Assembly: GCA_025933895.1 (NCBI GenBank)
Contig: JAICZB010000001.1
Location: 1-34,502 of the forward strand
Direction of reading: 5' to 3'
Length of the DNA stretch: 34,502 nucleotides
From: Thermoleophilia bacterium
Lineage (GTDB): Bacteria; Actinomycetota; Thermoleophilia; Gaiellales; Gaiellaceae
Shown here piece after piece: positions 18,310 to 26,406 of this stretch (positions are counted from its first letter, which is position 1; every line of letters begins with the position of its first letter). The position numbers were made by a program, and so were the translations under genes. The notes beneath the pieces were generated by a model. That model was not told where the DNA came from and did not search any database. It saw only the letters and a list, made by a program, of their open reading frames with translations.

Positions 18310-18359
18310 GCCGACTCCACGGATTTTCGCCGGCGCGCGTTGGCGCGGTCCAACTGCTA

Positions 18360-18388
18360 TGGACTTGTGGGGAAAAGTGGTTTATAGT
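18360..18388 (+). promoter_or_regulatory. Putative dcw (mraZ) promoter: -35 TGGACT, 17-nt spacer, -10 TATAGT
   Basis: Read directly in the only AT-enriched patch upstream of mraZ. AGGGAGAG Shine-Dalgarno at 18407-18414, 7 nt before ATG 18422. The promoter assignment is inference only. Confidence 0.4.
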
Positions 18389-18402
18389 GGGGAGTAGTGG
18401 TG
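18367..18402 (+). promoter_or_regulatory. MraZ operator-like array: four direct GTGG(G/T)(G/T) boxes at exact 10-bp spacing
   Basis: GTGGGG aaaa GTGGTT tata GTGGGG agta GTGGTG, with boxes starting at 18367, 18377, 18387 and 18397. The array overlaps the putative -10. The arrangement matches the phased GTGG/TGGG direct repeats bound by MraZ upstream of its own gene in other bacteria. Confidence 0.7.
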
Positions 18403-18421
18403 GAATAGGGAGAGCGGCCCC

Positions 18422-18856
18422 ATGCTCCTAGGCGAGTACGAGCACACGATCGACGACAAGAACCGGCTCACGCTTCCGGCGAAGTTCCGCCGGGCGTTCG
18501 AGGACGGCATCGTCGTCACCCGCGGCTTCGACGGCTGCGTCTATGCCTGGACGCGCGAAGCCTGGGGGAACTACCGGGACTCGACCCTCGCCACCCTCCA
18601 GCCGCTCAGCCAGCAGGGACGGCGGATGCAGCGCCACTTCTTCTCCGGCGCCAGCGAGACGACGCCGGACCGGCAGGGGCGCGTGAGCATCCCGCCCGCG
18701 CTGCTCGCGCACGCGAAGCTCGGCCGCGACGTCGTCGTCGCCGGGGTCAACGACCACCTCGAGATCTGGGATCGCGCCGCCTGGCAGCGCGAGCTCGCCG
18801 AGGTCGAAGGGAGTGCTGAGGATGTTGCCGAACGTCTTGCAGCCCAGGGAAGCTGA
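18422..18856 (+). CDS. mraZ: Transcriptional regulator MraZ
   Basis: MLLGEYEHTIDDKNRLTLPAKFR ... DRQGRVSIPPAL: two DxxxR SpoVT/AbrB-like repeats, 144 aa, first gene of the dcw cluster. Confidence 0.95.
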   Translation: MLLGEYEHTIDDKNRLTLPAKFRRAFEDGIVVTRGFDGCVYAWTREAWGNYRDSTLATLQPLSQQGRRMQRHFFSGASETTPDRQGRVSIPPALLAHAKLGRDVVVAGVNDHLEIWDRAAWQRELAEVEGSAEDVAERLAAQGS

Positions 18857-19793
18857 CCACGTCCCCGTCCTCGCCGAGGAGGTGCGGGCATCGCTCGCCG
18901 TCCGGCCGGGCGAGACCGTCGTCGACGCGACCTTCGGCGCCGGCGGGCATGCCGCGATCCTCGCCGCCGACCTGTGCGGCAAGGGGAAGCTGATCGCGAT
19001 CGACCGCGACCCGACGGCCCGGACGTACTTCGAGCAGCTCGCGAAGCGCACCACCGTGAACGCGCGTCTCCTGCGCGGCGACTTCGGCGTCGTCCTGCCG
19101 CAACTCGCCTCGAACGGCGTCCAGGCCGACGCGATCCTGCTCGATCTCGGGGTCTCTTCGATGCAGCTCGACCGGCCGGAGCGCGGCTTCTCGTACGCAG
19201 CGGACGCGCCGCTCGACATGCGGATGGATCCGACGCAGGACGTGAGCGCGCGCGACGTCGTGAACACGTGGAGCGAGCGCGACCTGACGACCATCTTCCG
19301 CCGCTACGGCGAGGAGCGATACGCGAAGCAGATCGCGCGGGCGATCGTCCGCCGTCGGCGGGAGCAGGCGTTCGAGCGCACCGGCGAGCTCGTCGACGTG
19401 ATCAAGGCTGCGATCCCGGCGCCGGCGCGCTTCGGCGACGGGCATCCGGCGAAGCGCGCCTTCCAGGCACTGCGGATCGAGGTCAACGCCGAGCTCGACT
19501 CGCTCGCGGTCGCGCTGCCGGCGGCGCTCGAGATGCTGCGGCCGGGCGGCCGGCTCGCGGTGATCGCCTTCCACTCGCTCGAGGACCGGATCGTGAAGCG
19601 GTTCCTCCGCGAGCGCGAGCGGGGCTGCACGTGCCCGCCCGACTTCCCGGTCTGCGTCTGTGGCCACGAGCCGGAGCTCCGCGCCCTGCAGCGGCGGCCC
19701 GTCCGGCCGGGCCAGGCCGAGCTCGCGGCCAACCCGCGCTCGTCCTCGGCGCGCCTGCGGGCCGCAGTCAAGAGCGGGGCGGAGGAAGCCTGA
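18822..19793 (+). CDS. rsmH: 16S rRNA (cytosine1402-N4)-methyltransferase RsmH (MraW)
   Basis: HVPVLAEEV...VVDATFGAGGHA...DLGVSSMQLD...HPAKRAFQALRIEVN...AVIAFHSLEDRIVK. ATG 18822 sits 8 nt after GAAGGGAG. The track ORF opens at GTG 18813. Overlaps the mraZ 3' end. Confidence 0.93.
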   Translation: MLPNVLQPREADHVPVLAEEVRASLAVRPGETVVDATFGAGGHAAILAADLCGKGKLIAIDRDPTARTYFEQLAKRTTVNARLLRGDFGVVLPQLASNGVQADAILLDLGVSSMQLDRPERGFSYAADAPLDMRMDPTQDVSARDVVNTWSERDLTTIFRRYGEERYAKQIARAIVRRRREQAFERTGELVDVIKAAIPAPARFGDGHPAKRAFQALRIEVNAELDSLAVALPAALEMLRPGGRLAVIAFHSLEDRIVKRFLRERERGCTCPPDFPVCVCGHEPELRALQRRPVRPGQAELAANPRSSSARLRAAVKSGAEEA

Positions 19794-20224
19794 TGGCCGC
19801 GGTCGACTGGTTCGCGCAGGTCGAGGTTGCGGAGCCGGCACCGCCGCGCCGGCGGCCGGCGCAACGCCCGGGTCAGCGTCCGGCTCGGCAGCGTCCGGCT
19901 CGGCAGCGTCCGGCGAGGCCCGTACGCTCGCGGCGCAGGGTCTCGCAACGCCGCGTCCGCGGCCACATCGTCTGGATGATCCTCTTCGCGCTCCTCCTCT
20001 CCGGCGTCGTCGCGGTGAACGTCGCGGTGCTGCGGGCACACGTCTCCGTCTCGCGGCTCGACCAGAAGGCCGCACAGCTCCGCGCGCGGAACCAGGCGCT
20101 CGCCTCCGAGCTCTCGAATGCGAGCTCGGCACCGCGGATCGAAGCCGCGGCACGCCGCCTCGGCCTCGTGCAGGCGTCGCCCGGCAACACGTCGTACCTC
20201 GACCTCGCGCCGAGTAGCCGTTGA
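19793..20224 (+). CDS. ftsL: FtsL-like / septum formation initiator protein
   Basis: Arg/Pro-rich cytoplasmic tail, a single TM (IVWMILFALLLSGVVAVNVAVL), then a coiled coil (LDQKAAQLRARNQALASELS). The position between rsmH and ftsI fits. TGATG overlap with rsmH, with GGAGGA upstream. Confidence 0.8.
   Translation: MAAVDWFAQVEVAEPAPPRRRPAQRPGQRPARQRPARQRPARPVRSRRRVSQRRVRGHIVWMILFALLLSGVVAVNVAVLRAHVSVSRLDQKAAQLRARNQALASELSNASSAPRIEAAARRLGLVQASPGNTSYLDLAPSSR
19874..19918 (+). repeat. 15-bp tandem repeat (CAGCGTCCGGCTCGG, about 3 copies) encoding (QRPAR)3
   Basis: Copies start at 19874, 19889 and 19904. The third copy has 2 mismatches. In frame within the FtsL-like cytoplasmic tail. Confidence 0.85.
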
Positions 20225-21900
20225 AGACGCGGGTCGTCAACTCGCGGCTCCGTCTTCTCCTCCTCATCATCCTGATCACCTTCGCCGCGCTCGGTGCGCG
20301 TGCGGCCTGGATCCAGACGATCCGCGCCTCCTCGCTCGCCAGGCTCGCGCAGAGCCAGACGAAGTTCGACCTCGAGCTCCCGGCGAGCAGGGGGACGATC
20401 TACGACCGGCTCGGGACGCCGCTCGCGATCGGCGAGCAGGCGACCGACGTCATCGCCGACCCGATGCAGATCTCCGACCCGAGGAGAGAGGCGCGAGTGG
20501 CCGCCAAGGTGCTCGGCCTTCGCTTCCGGAAGGTCTACGAGGCTCTCGCCGACCAGAGCCGCGGATTCGTCTATGTGCAGCGGAAGGCCTCGCCGAAGCT
20601 CGCGGCGGCGCTCGCGAAGCGCGGACTGACGGGCTTCACCTTCCAGTCCGACGAGCGGCGCGTCTATCCGCAGGGCACCGTCGCCGCTTCCGTGCTCGGC
20701 TACGCAGGCACGGACAACACCGGCCTCGCCGGGCTGGAGCGCGAGCTGAACAAGGATCTGTCGGGAACGCCGGGACGCGCGACGGTCGTGCGCGATGCGA
20801 CAGGCCAGGCCGTCAACACGATCCAGGACCGTCCGGCGCGCGACGGCCTCGACGTGTCCCTCACGCTCGACAGTCACATCCAGGCCAACGCCGAGCAGGT
20901 GCTCGAGCAGACGGTGCGCCAGTGGCACGCGAAGGATGCGACCGCGATCGTGATGGACCCGCACACGGGCGCGATCCTCGCCCTGGCGCAGGAACCGGGC
21001 TACAACGCGAACGACTTTCCGGGTGCGTTCGCGCACGACCGCGACCTCACGATCGACCACGCCGTGAACGACGTCTTCGAGCCCGGCTCGGTGTTCAAGG
21101 TCGTGACGGTCGGCGGCGCCCTCTCGGAGCACAAGATCACGCCGCAGACGGCATTCACGCTCCCGTACTCGATCCACGTCGCCGACCGCGTCATCCACGA
21201 CGCCGAGATCCGGCCGACCGAGCGGATGACGGTCGCGCAGATCCTCCAGCGCTCGTCGAATGTCGGCGCCGTGACGATCGCGGAGAGGTACCTCGGCGAG
21301 ACGGGCCTCGTGAAGTGGATGAAACGCTTCGGCTTCGGCCGCAAGACCGGCATCGACCTTCCGGGCGAGAGCGGTGGGCTGCTGCCGTCGTACTGGTCGG
21401 GGTCGACGATCGGAAACGTCCCGATCGGCCAGGGCGTCTCGGTCACCTCGGTGCAGCTCGCCTCGGCGTACGCGGCGCTCGCGAACGGCGGCGAGTGGAT
21501 CCAGCCGCACCTCGTCGATCACGTCTTCGGCGAGCCGCCGCCGCGCCTGCACCGGCGGAGAATCCTCGATCCGGGCGTCGACCGGCAGCTCCGCACGATG
21601 CTGAAAGGCGTCGTCTCGGATCAGGGAACCGGCAAGCTCGCTGCCATCCCCGGCTACAGCGTCGCCGGCAAGACGGGCACCGCGCAGAAGCCGGGACCGA
21701 ACGGCTACATCCCCGGCGCGTACGTGGCGACCTTCGTCGGGATGGTGCCGGCCTCGAACCCGAGCCTCGTCGTGCTCGTCAGCGTGGACGAGCCGCACGG
21801 CGGGATCTACGGCGGCACGGTCGCCGCGCCGGCATTCGAGCAGATCGCCTCCTTCGACCTGCAGAACCTCGAGGTCCCGCCCGACCTTCGCTTTCGCTAG
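20221..21900 (+). CDS. ftsI: Class B penicillin-binding protein / peptidoglycan D,D-transpeptidase FtsI
   Basis: N-terminal TM, then SxxK (GSVFKV), SxN (RSSNVG) and KTG (GKTGTA). TTG start at 20221 forms a TTGA overlap with the ftsL stop, so the start is less certain than the gene itself. Confidence 0.92.
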   Translation: MKTRVVNSRLRLLLLIILITFAALGARAAWIQTIRASSLARLAQSQTKFDLELPASRGTIYDRLGTPLAIGEQATDVIADPMQISDPRREARVAAKVLGLRFRKVYEALADQSRGFVYVQRKASPKLAAALAKRGLTGFTFQSDERRVYPQGTVAASVLGYAGTDNTGLAGLERELNKDLSGTPGRATVVRDATGQAVNTIQDRPARDGLDVSLTLDSHIQANAEQVLEQTVRQWHAKDATAIVMDPHTGAILALAQEPGYNANDFPGAFAHDRDLTIDHAVNDVFEPGSVFKVVTVGGALSEHKITPQTAFTLPYSIHVADRVIHDAEIRPTERMTVAQILQRSSNVGAVTIAERYLGETGLVKWMKRFGFGRKTGIDLPGESGGLLPSYWSGSTIGNVPIGQGVSVTSVQLASAYAALANGGEWIQPHLVDHVFGEPPPRLHRRRILDPGVDRQLRTMLKGVVSDQGTGKLAAIPGYSVAGKTGTAQKPGPNGYIPGAYVATFVGMVPASNPSLVVLVSVDEPHGGIYGGTVAAPAFEQIASFDLQNLEVPPDLRFR

Positions 21901-22065
21901 CTGTGATGACCACGGACCGCGGGCTCGGAAGACGCGGTCTCCCGAGCCCTCCGTTCAGTCGAGCTTTGCCTGGGCTTGCGTGGGTTACGGCCGTGAGTTC
22001 CCATCACGGCGCCGTGGATCACCCAGCGAGCGGGTGCGCGGCACCCGCTCGCTAGAGTCGCGCCG
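21901..22065 (+). other. Structured ftsI-murE spacer / intergenic repeat copy 2, ending in a 12-bp-stem hairpin (22025-22053)
   Basis: AGCGAGCGGGTG-cgcgg-CACCCGCTCGCT is a perfect 12-bp stem 12 nt before the murE ATG. Further pairings: 21903-21908/22002-22007, 21911-21915/21991-21995, 21916-21921/21933-21938 and 21921-21928/21942-21949. Blocks 21949-21986 and 22022-22048 match the reverse complement of 14851-14888 and 14735-14761. Confidence 0.35.
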
Positions 22066-23520
22066 ATGGACCTGGAGCGCCTCGTCTCAGCGCTCGAGCC
22101 GGTGGAGGTGCTGGGGCGCCCTTCGGTCGAGGTACGCGATCTCGCCTACGACGCCCGTGCCGTTACGGCCGGTGCGCTCTTCTTCGCCGTTCCGGGTGAG
22201 CGAGCCGACGGGCACGACTTCGCCGCGGAGGCTGTGGAGCGCGGAGCCGTCGCCCTCGTCGTCGAGCGTGCGCTCGACCTCCCGGTGTCGCAGCTCGTCG
22301 TCCGCGACTCGCGCGCGGCGATGGCGTCCGCGGCGGACGTGTTCTTCGGCGAGCCCACCAGCGAGCTCGAGGTCGTCGGCGTCACCGGCACGAGCGGCAA
22401 GACCACGACGAGCCACCTCCTGTTCGCGATTCTCGCCGCGGCCGGCCGCCGTCCGGGGCTGCTCGGGACGGTGGAGGCGCGGGTGGGAGGCGAACGCCGC
22501 GGTGTCGTGCGAACGACGCCGGAGGCGATCGACCTGCAGCGTCTGTTCCGCGAGATGCTCGACGCCGGCGACCGCTCGTGCGCGATGGAGGCGTCGTCCC
22601 ACGCGTCCGTCCTGCACCGCCTCGACCACGTTCGCTTCGCAGTCCTCGTCTTCACGAACCTCAGCCAGGATCACCTCGACTTCCACGGCGACATGGAGTC
22701 GTACTTCGAGGCGAAGCGACGGCTGTTCCTCGTCGAGCCTCGGCCCATCGCCCTCGTCAACGTCGGCGATGAATACGGCAGGCGGCTGGCGGCGGAGATC
22801 CCGTCCGCGATCACGTTCGCCGCGGAGGATGCGAGTGCGCTCGAGGGTATCGAGCTGCGGCTCAAAGGACGCTTCAACGTCGAGAACGCGCTCGGAGCGC
22901 TGTACGCAGCCCGCGCACTCGGCATCGACGACGACTCGATTCGGCGCGGCCTCGAGTCGGTGCGGGGCGTGCCGGGCCGCTTCGAGTCGGTGGAAGCCGG
23001 TCAGCCGTTCCACGTGATCGTCGACTATGCCCACAAGCCGGACGCGCTCGAGAAGGTGCTGCGAGCCGCGCGCGAGCTCGCGGCTGAGAAGCACGTCATC
23101 TGCGTCGTCGGCGCAGGCGGGGACCGCGACCGGGGCAAGCGCGCGGTCATGGGCCGGCTCGCGTCGGAGCTGGCCGACATCACGATCGTCACCTCCGACA
23201 ACCCGCGGAGCGAGGATCCCGAGGCGATCGCCACGGAGATCGTGTCCGGAGCGGACGGCGAGGTCGAGGTCGAGCTCGATCGGACCGCGGCGATCGCGCG
23301 GGCGGTCGAGCTCGCGCGGCCCGGCGACGTCGTCCTCATCGCCGGCAAAGGGGCGGAGCAGGGGCAGGAGTTCGCCGACCGGACGGTTCCGTTCGACGAC
23401 CGCGAGGCCGCGAAGGAGGCGCTCGAAGCGCTGATGCTGGAAGCGTCGGCGGCAAAGCCACCGACGCCCGGCGGCAATTCCCGCCCGCGCAAGGCGGCCG
23501 GTGGGGAGGCCCGGACCTGA
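22066..23520 (+). CDS. murE: UDP-N-acetylmuramoyl-L-alanyl-D-glutamate--2,6-diaminopimelate ligase
   Basis: GVTGTSGKTTT P-loop, DYAHKPDALEKVL, and a DNPR motif (TSDNPRSEDP) typical of DAP-adding MurE. Confidence 0.95.
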   Translation: MDLERLVSALEPVEVLGRPSVEVRDLAYDARAVTAGALFFAVPGERADGHDFAAEAVERGAVALVVERALDLPVSQLVVRDSRAAMASAADVFFGEPTSELEVVGVTGTSGKTTTSHLLFAILAAAGRRPGLLGTVEARVGGERRGVVRTTPEAIDLQRLFREMLDAGDRSCAMEASSHASVLHRLDHVRFAVLVFTNLSQDHLDFHGDMESYFEAKRRLFLVEPRPIALVNVGDEYGRRLAAEIPSAITFAAEDASALEGIELRLKGRFNVENALGALYAARALGIDDDSIRRGLESVRGVPGRFESVEAGQPFHVIVDYAHKPDALEKVLRAARELAAEKHVICVVGAGGDRDRGKRAVMGRLASELADITIVTSDNPRSEDPEAIATEIVSGADGEVEVELDRTAAIARAVELARPGDVVLIAGKGAEQGQEFADRTVPFDDREAAKEALEALMLEASAAKPPTPGGNSRPRKAAGGEART

Positions 23521-23540
23521 TCCCGCTTCCGCTCGCCGAG

Positions 23541-24815
23541 GTGCGGGCGCTCTCGCTGGGCCGGCTGGTTGCTGGAAGCGCCACCGGCCAAGCCTGCGGC
23601 GCCCGGCAAGAAAATCCCGCCTACGGCGGTGGGGGCGACGCCGACGCCGTGACGGGCGTCCGGGTCGACTCGCGCCTGATCCGGCCGGGTGACCTCTTCG
23701 TCGCGGTCTCGGGCGGCGACGCGTTCCTCGAGGATGCTCGCGCACGCGGCGCAGGCGCGACGCTCGTGCCCGACGACGCGCACGCTGCGCTCGCCGCGCT
23801 GGGGAGTGCCGTCCGCGCCCGCAGCGATGCTCGCGTCGTGGCGATCACCGGCTCGGTCGGCAAGACGTCGACGAAGGACATCCTCGCCGCGCTCCTGCGT
23901 CCCCATCTGCGTACCGTCGCGGCACCGCGCGGCTTCAACAACGAGCTCGGCCTGCCGCTCACGCTCTGCATGATCGAGCCCGAGACCGAGGTCGTCGTGA
24001 CGGAGATGGCGATGCGCGGCTTCGGCCAGATCCGCGACCTCGCCAGGGTCGCGCGGCCCGATCTCGGCGTGATCACGTCGATCGCGCCGGTCCACCTCGA
24101 GCAGCTCGGAAGCCTCGAGAACATCGCGCGTGCCAAGGCGGAGCTGCTCGAAGAGCTCCCGGACGGCGCCGTCGCGGTCCTGCCGGAGGACTCGCCGGAG
24201 CTCGAGCCCTTCGTCCCGGAGATGCTCGACGTGCGCCGATTCGGGCAACCGGACGCGGAGGTCCGCGAGGGCCGCACACACGTCCGCTGGCGCGACCGGG
24301 ACGTCGTGTTCGGCTTCTCGGCTCGCCACCAGGCAACGAACGCCGCAGCGGCGCTGACCGCGGCCGAGGCGTTGGGAGTCGAGCCGCCGACGGAGCCGGT
24401 CGAGGTCGAGTTCTCGCTCTGGCGCTCCCAGGAGACCGAATTGCCGGGCGGCGGCCTGCTCATCAACGACGCGTGGAATGCGAACCCGTTGGCGATGCAT
24501 GCGGCGCTCGCGCACCTGTTCGAGCGGGCGAACGGCCGCCGGACGGTCGCGATCCTCGGTGAGATGGCCGAGCTCGGTGCGGACGGTCCCGTGTACCACG
24601 AGGCGGTCGGAAGTGAGGCGGAGCGGGTGGACGTCGTGATCGGCGTCGGCGAGCTCGCGCGCCACTACGCGCCCGACGAGTGGGCACCGACGGCTGCCGA
24701 GGCGGTCGAGGTCGCCCGCGGTCTCGTCCGTCCCGGCGACGCGATCCTCGTGAAGGGCTCGCGGTCTGTCGGCCTCGAGGTCGTGGCCGACGCGCTGCTG
24801 GGAGCCGGAGCGTGA
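23541..24815 (+). CDS. murF: UDP-N-acetylmuramoyl-tripeptide--D-alanyl-D-alanine ligase
   Basis: ITGSVGKTSTKD, EMAMRGFGQI and DAWNANP. GTG 23541 is the first canonical start. The in-frame codons from 23517 (CTG ATC CCG CTT...) would encode (M)IPLPLAEV, which resembles the usual MurF N-terminus. Confidence 0.92.
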   Translation: MRALSLGRLVAGSATGQACGARQENPAYGGGGDADAVTGVRVDSRLIRPGDLFVAVSGGDAFLEDARARGAGATLVPDDAHAALAALGSAVRARSDARVVAITGSVGKTSTKDILAALLRPHLRTVAAPRGFNNELGLPLTLCMIEPETEVVVTEMAMRGFGQIRDLARVARPDLGVITSIAPVHLEQLGSLENIARAKAELLEELPDGAVAVLPEDSPELEPFVPEMLDVRRFGQPDAEVREGRTHVRWRDRDVVFGFSARHQATNAAAALTAAEALGVEPPTEPVEVEFSLWRSQETELPGGGLLINDAWNANPLAMHAALAHLFERANGRRTVAILGEMAELGADGPVYHEAVGSEAERVDVVIGVGELARHYAPDEWAPTAAEAVEVARGLVRPGDAILVKGSRSVGLEVVADALLGAGA

Positions 24816-25837
24816 TCCGCGTCCTCATCGCCGCCGCAGTGGGCCTCGCCGTCTCGGTGGCGATCGGTCCGAAGTTCGTCGACTTCCTTCGCCGGAACGA
24901 GTTCGGCCAGCAGATCCGGGAGGAGGGACCGCAGCACCACATCGCCAAGCAGGGGACGCCGACGATGGGCGGGCTCCTGATCCTGTTCGCGGCGACGATC
25001 GCCTTTCTGCCGGTCACCCATTTCCGGCTCCAGGCGCTCACCGTCCTCTTCCTCACGCTCGGCTGCGGCGCGATCGGCTTCCTCGACGACTTCATCAAGC
25101 TCACGCACAAGCGGTCGCTCGGGCTGTCCGGGCGCTGGAAGATGCTGCTGCTCGCGGGCATCACGGTGATCGTCGCCATCGTCGCGCGGCACTTGCACCT
25201 CAGCACCGATGTCTACGTCCCCGTACTCGACGTCACGGTGCCTCTGTCGTACGGCTGGTACGTCTTCCTCTTCTTCGTGATCGCCGGAGCTGCGAACGGA
25301 ACGAACCTGGCCGACGGTGTCGACGGGCTGCTCGGCGGGACCGGGATCATCGCTCTCTTCACGTTCATGGCGATGAACGTCGTCTCCTACGTGCGGTCCG
25401 GCCCCGCCGGGCACCGCAACCTGACCAAGCTCGACCTCGCAATCGTGGGCGCCGCGCTCATCGGGGCGGCGGTCGGCTTTCTCTGGTTCAACGCCTTCCC
25501 CGCCGAGGTGATCATGGGCGACACCGGCTCGATGGCATTCGGCGGCGCGCTCGCCGGATTCGCGATCATGATGAAGGTCGAGCTGCTGCTGCTTCTGATC
25601 GGCGGCATCTTCGTGATCGAAGCGCTGTCGGTGATGATCCAGGTCTTCTCGTTCAAGCGCTTCGGGCGACGCGTCTTCCTCATGGCTCCGATTCACCACC
25701 ACTTCGAGATGAAGGCGTGGTCCGAGACGAAGATCACGGTGCGTTTCTGGATCGTCGCCGGACTGCTGTGCGCGCTGGGCTTCGCCCTCTACTACCGCTA
25801 CTACTTCGGCCAGCTGCCACACCTGCGGCACGGATGA
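24812..25837 (+). CDS. mraY: Phospho-N-acetylmuramoyl-pentapeptide transferase
   Basis: GPKFVDFLRR, KQGTPTMGG, NGTNLADGVDGL, MGDTGS and APIHHHFE. GTGA overlap with murF. Confidence 0.95.
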   Translation: MIRVLIAAAVGLAVSVAIGPKFVDFLRRNEFGQQIREEGPQHHIAKQGTPTMGGLLILFAATIAFLPVTHFRLQALTVLFLTLGCGAIGFLDDFIKLTHKRSLGLSGRWKMLLLAGITVIVAIVARHLHLSTDVYVPVLDVTVPLSYGWYVFLFFVIAGAANGTNLADGVDGLLGGTGIIALFTFMAMNVVSYVRSGPAGHRNLTKLDLAIVGAALIGAAVGFLWFNAFPAEVIMGDTGSMAFGGALAGFAIMMKVELLLLLIGGIFVIEALSVMIQVFSFKRFGRRVFLMAPIHHHFEMKAWSETKITVRFWIVAGLLCALGFALYYRYYFGQLPHLRHG

Positions 25838-26307
25838 GCGCCGGCGAGGTGGAGCTGGCATTGCTCGACGCCGCTCGTCTGGAGCCGCAGGAGGACGTGC
25901 TCGTGCTCGGCGGCGGCGCGCTCGCGCTCGGGGCGCACGAACGGGCGGGTGACGGTTGGGTCTACGTGGTCCGGTCGCAGGTGGACGAGCTCGAGGAGCT
26001 GCTGGGCGAGGCGCACGCGGCGGGTGCGAGCGGGGTCGCGTACCTCGTCGGCGAGGCGCCCGTGCTCCCGCTGCCCGACGGCGCGGTCGGCGCCGTGGTC
26101 GGGCGGATCGCGACCGACGACGGTGCGCTCGTCGCTGCGGCGGAGGAGCTCGCGCGGGTCCTGTCCGCGGGCGGTCGGGTCTCGCTCGCCGAGTCGGACT
26201 CCGAGGCGGGGGAGAGCCTGGCGCGCTCGCTCGCGGCGGCGGGATTCGAAGAGGTCGAGGTCGGCCAAGTGGGCGGGCAGGCGGTCGTGAGCGGCCGGCT
26301 CGGCTGA
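25834..26307 (+). CDS. Small class-I methyltransferase-like protein with degenerate SAM-binding motifs (157 aa)
   Basis: The layout mirrors Methyltransf_11-type proteins: VLVLGGGALALG (motif I-like), LPLPDGAVGAVV (post-II) and ELARVLSAGGRVSL (RVLKPGG-like). The acidic residue expected after beta-2 is R (VYVVRS). ATGA overlap with the mraY stop. GC3 is high. Confidence 0.65.
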   Translation: MSAGEVELALLDAARLEPQEDVLVLGGGALALGAHERAGDGWVYVVRSQVDELEELLGEAHAAGASGVAYLVGEAPVLPLPDGAVGAVVGRIATDDGALVAAAEELARVLSAGGRVSLAESDSEAGESLARSLAAAGFEEVEVGQVGGQAVVSGRLG

Positions 26308-26346
26308 GGATGCGGGAGCCCGACGACGAACTCGTATCGCATCCTC
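26306..26346 (+). other. 9-bp perfect stem-loop starting inside the stop codon of the methyltransferase-like gene
   Basis: GAGGATGCG (26306-26314) pairs with CGCATCCTC (26338-26346) around a 23-nt loop. No U-tract. Confidence 0.4.
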
Positions 26347-26406
26347 GAGAAAGCCGACACACTTCCGTCATGCTCGGGCGCATACGCTGACCCCAGGGGA
26401 CCCGCG

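Noticed and set aside
21916-21949. H-type pseudoknot (stems 21916-21921/21933-21938 and 21922-21928/21942-21948)
   Set aside because: The connecting loops would be 0, 4 and 3 nt, which looks sterically too short for both stems to form fully. Two alternative hairpins are a better description.
21906-22055. 49-codon ORF (MTTDRGLGRRGLPSPPFSRALPGLAWVTAV...) in the ftsI-murE spacer, and the related 106-aa ORF at 14649-14969 (-)
   Set aside because: About a third of the codons end in A/T, unlike every confident gene here. There is no Shine-Dalgarno sequence. The peptide similarity between the two ORFs merely mirrors the nucleotide repeat.
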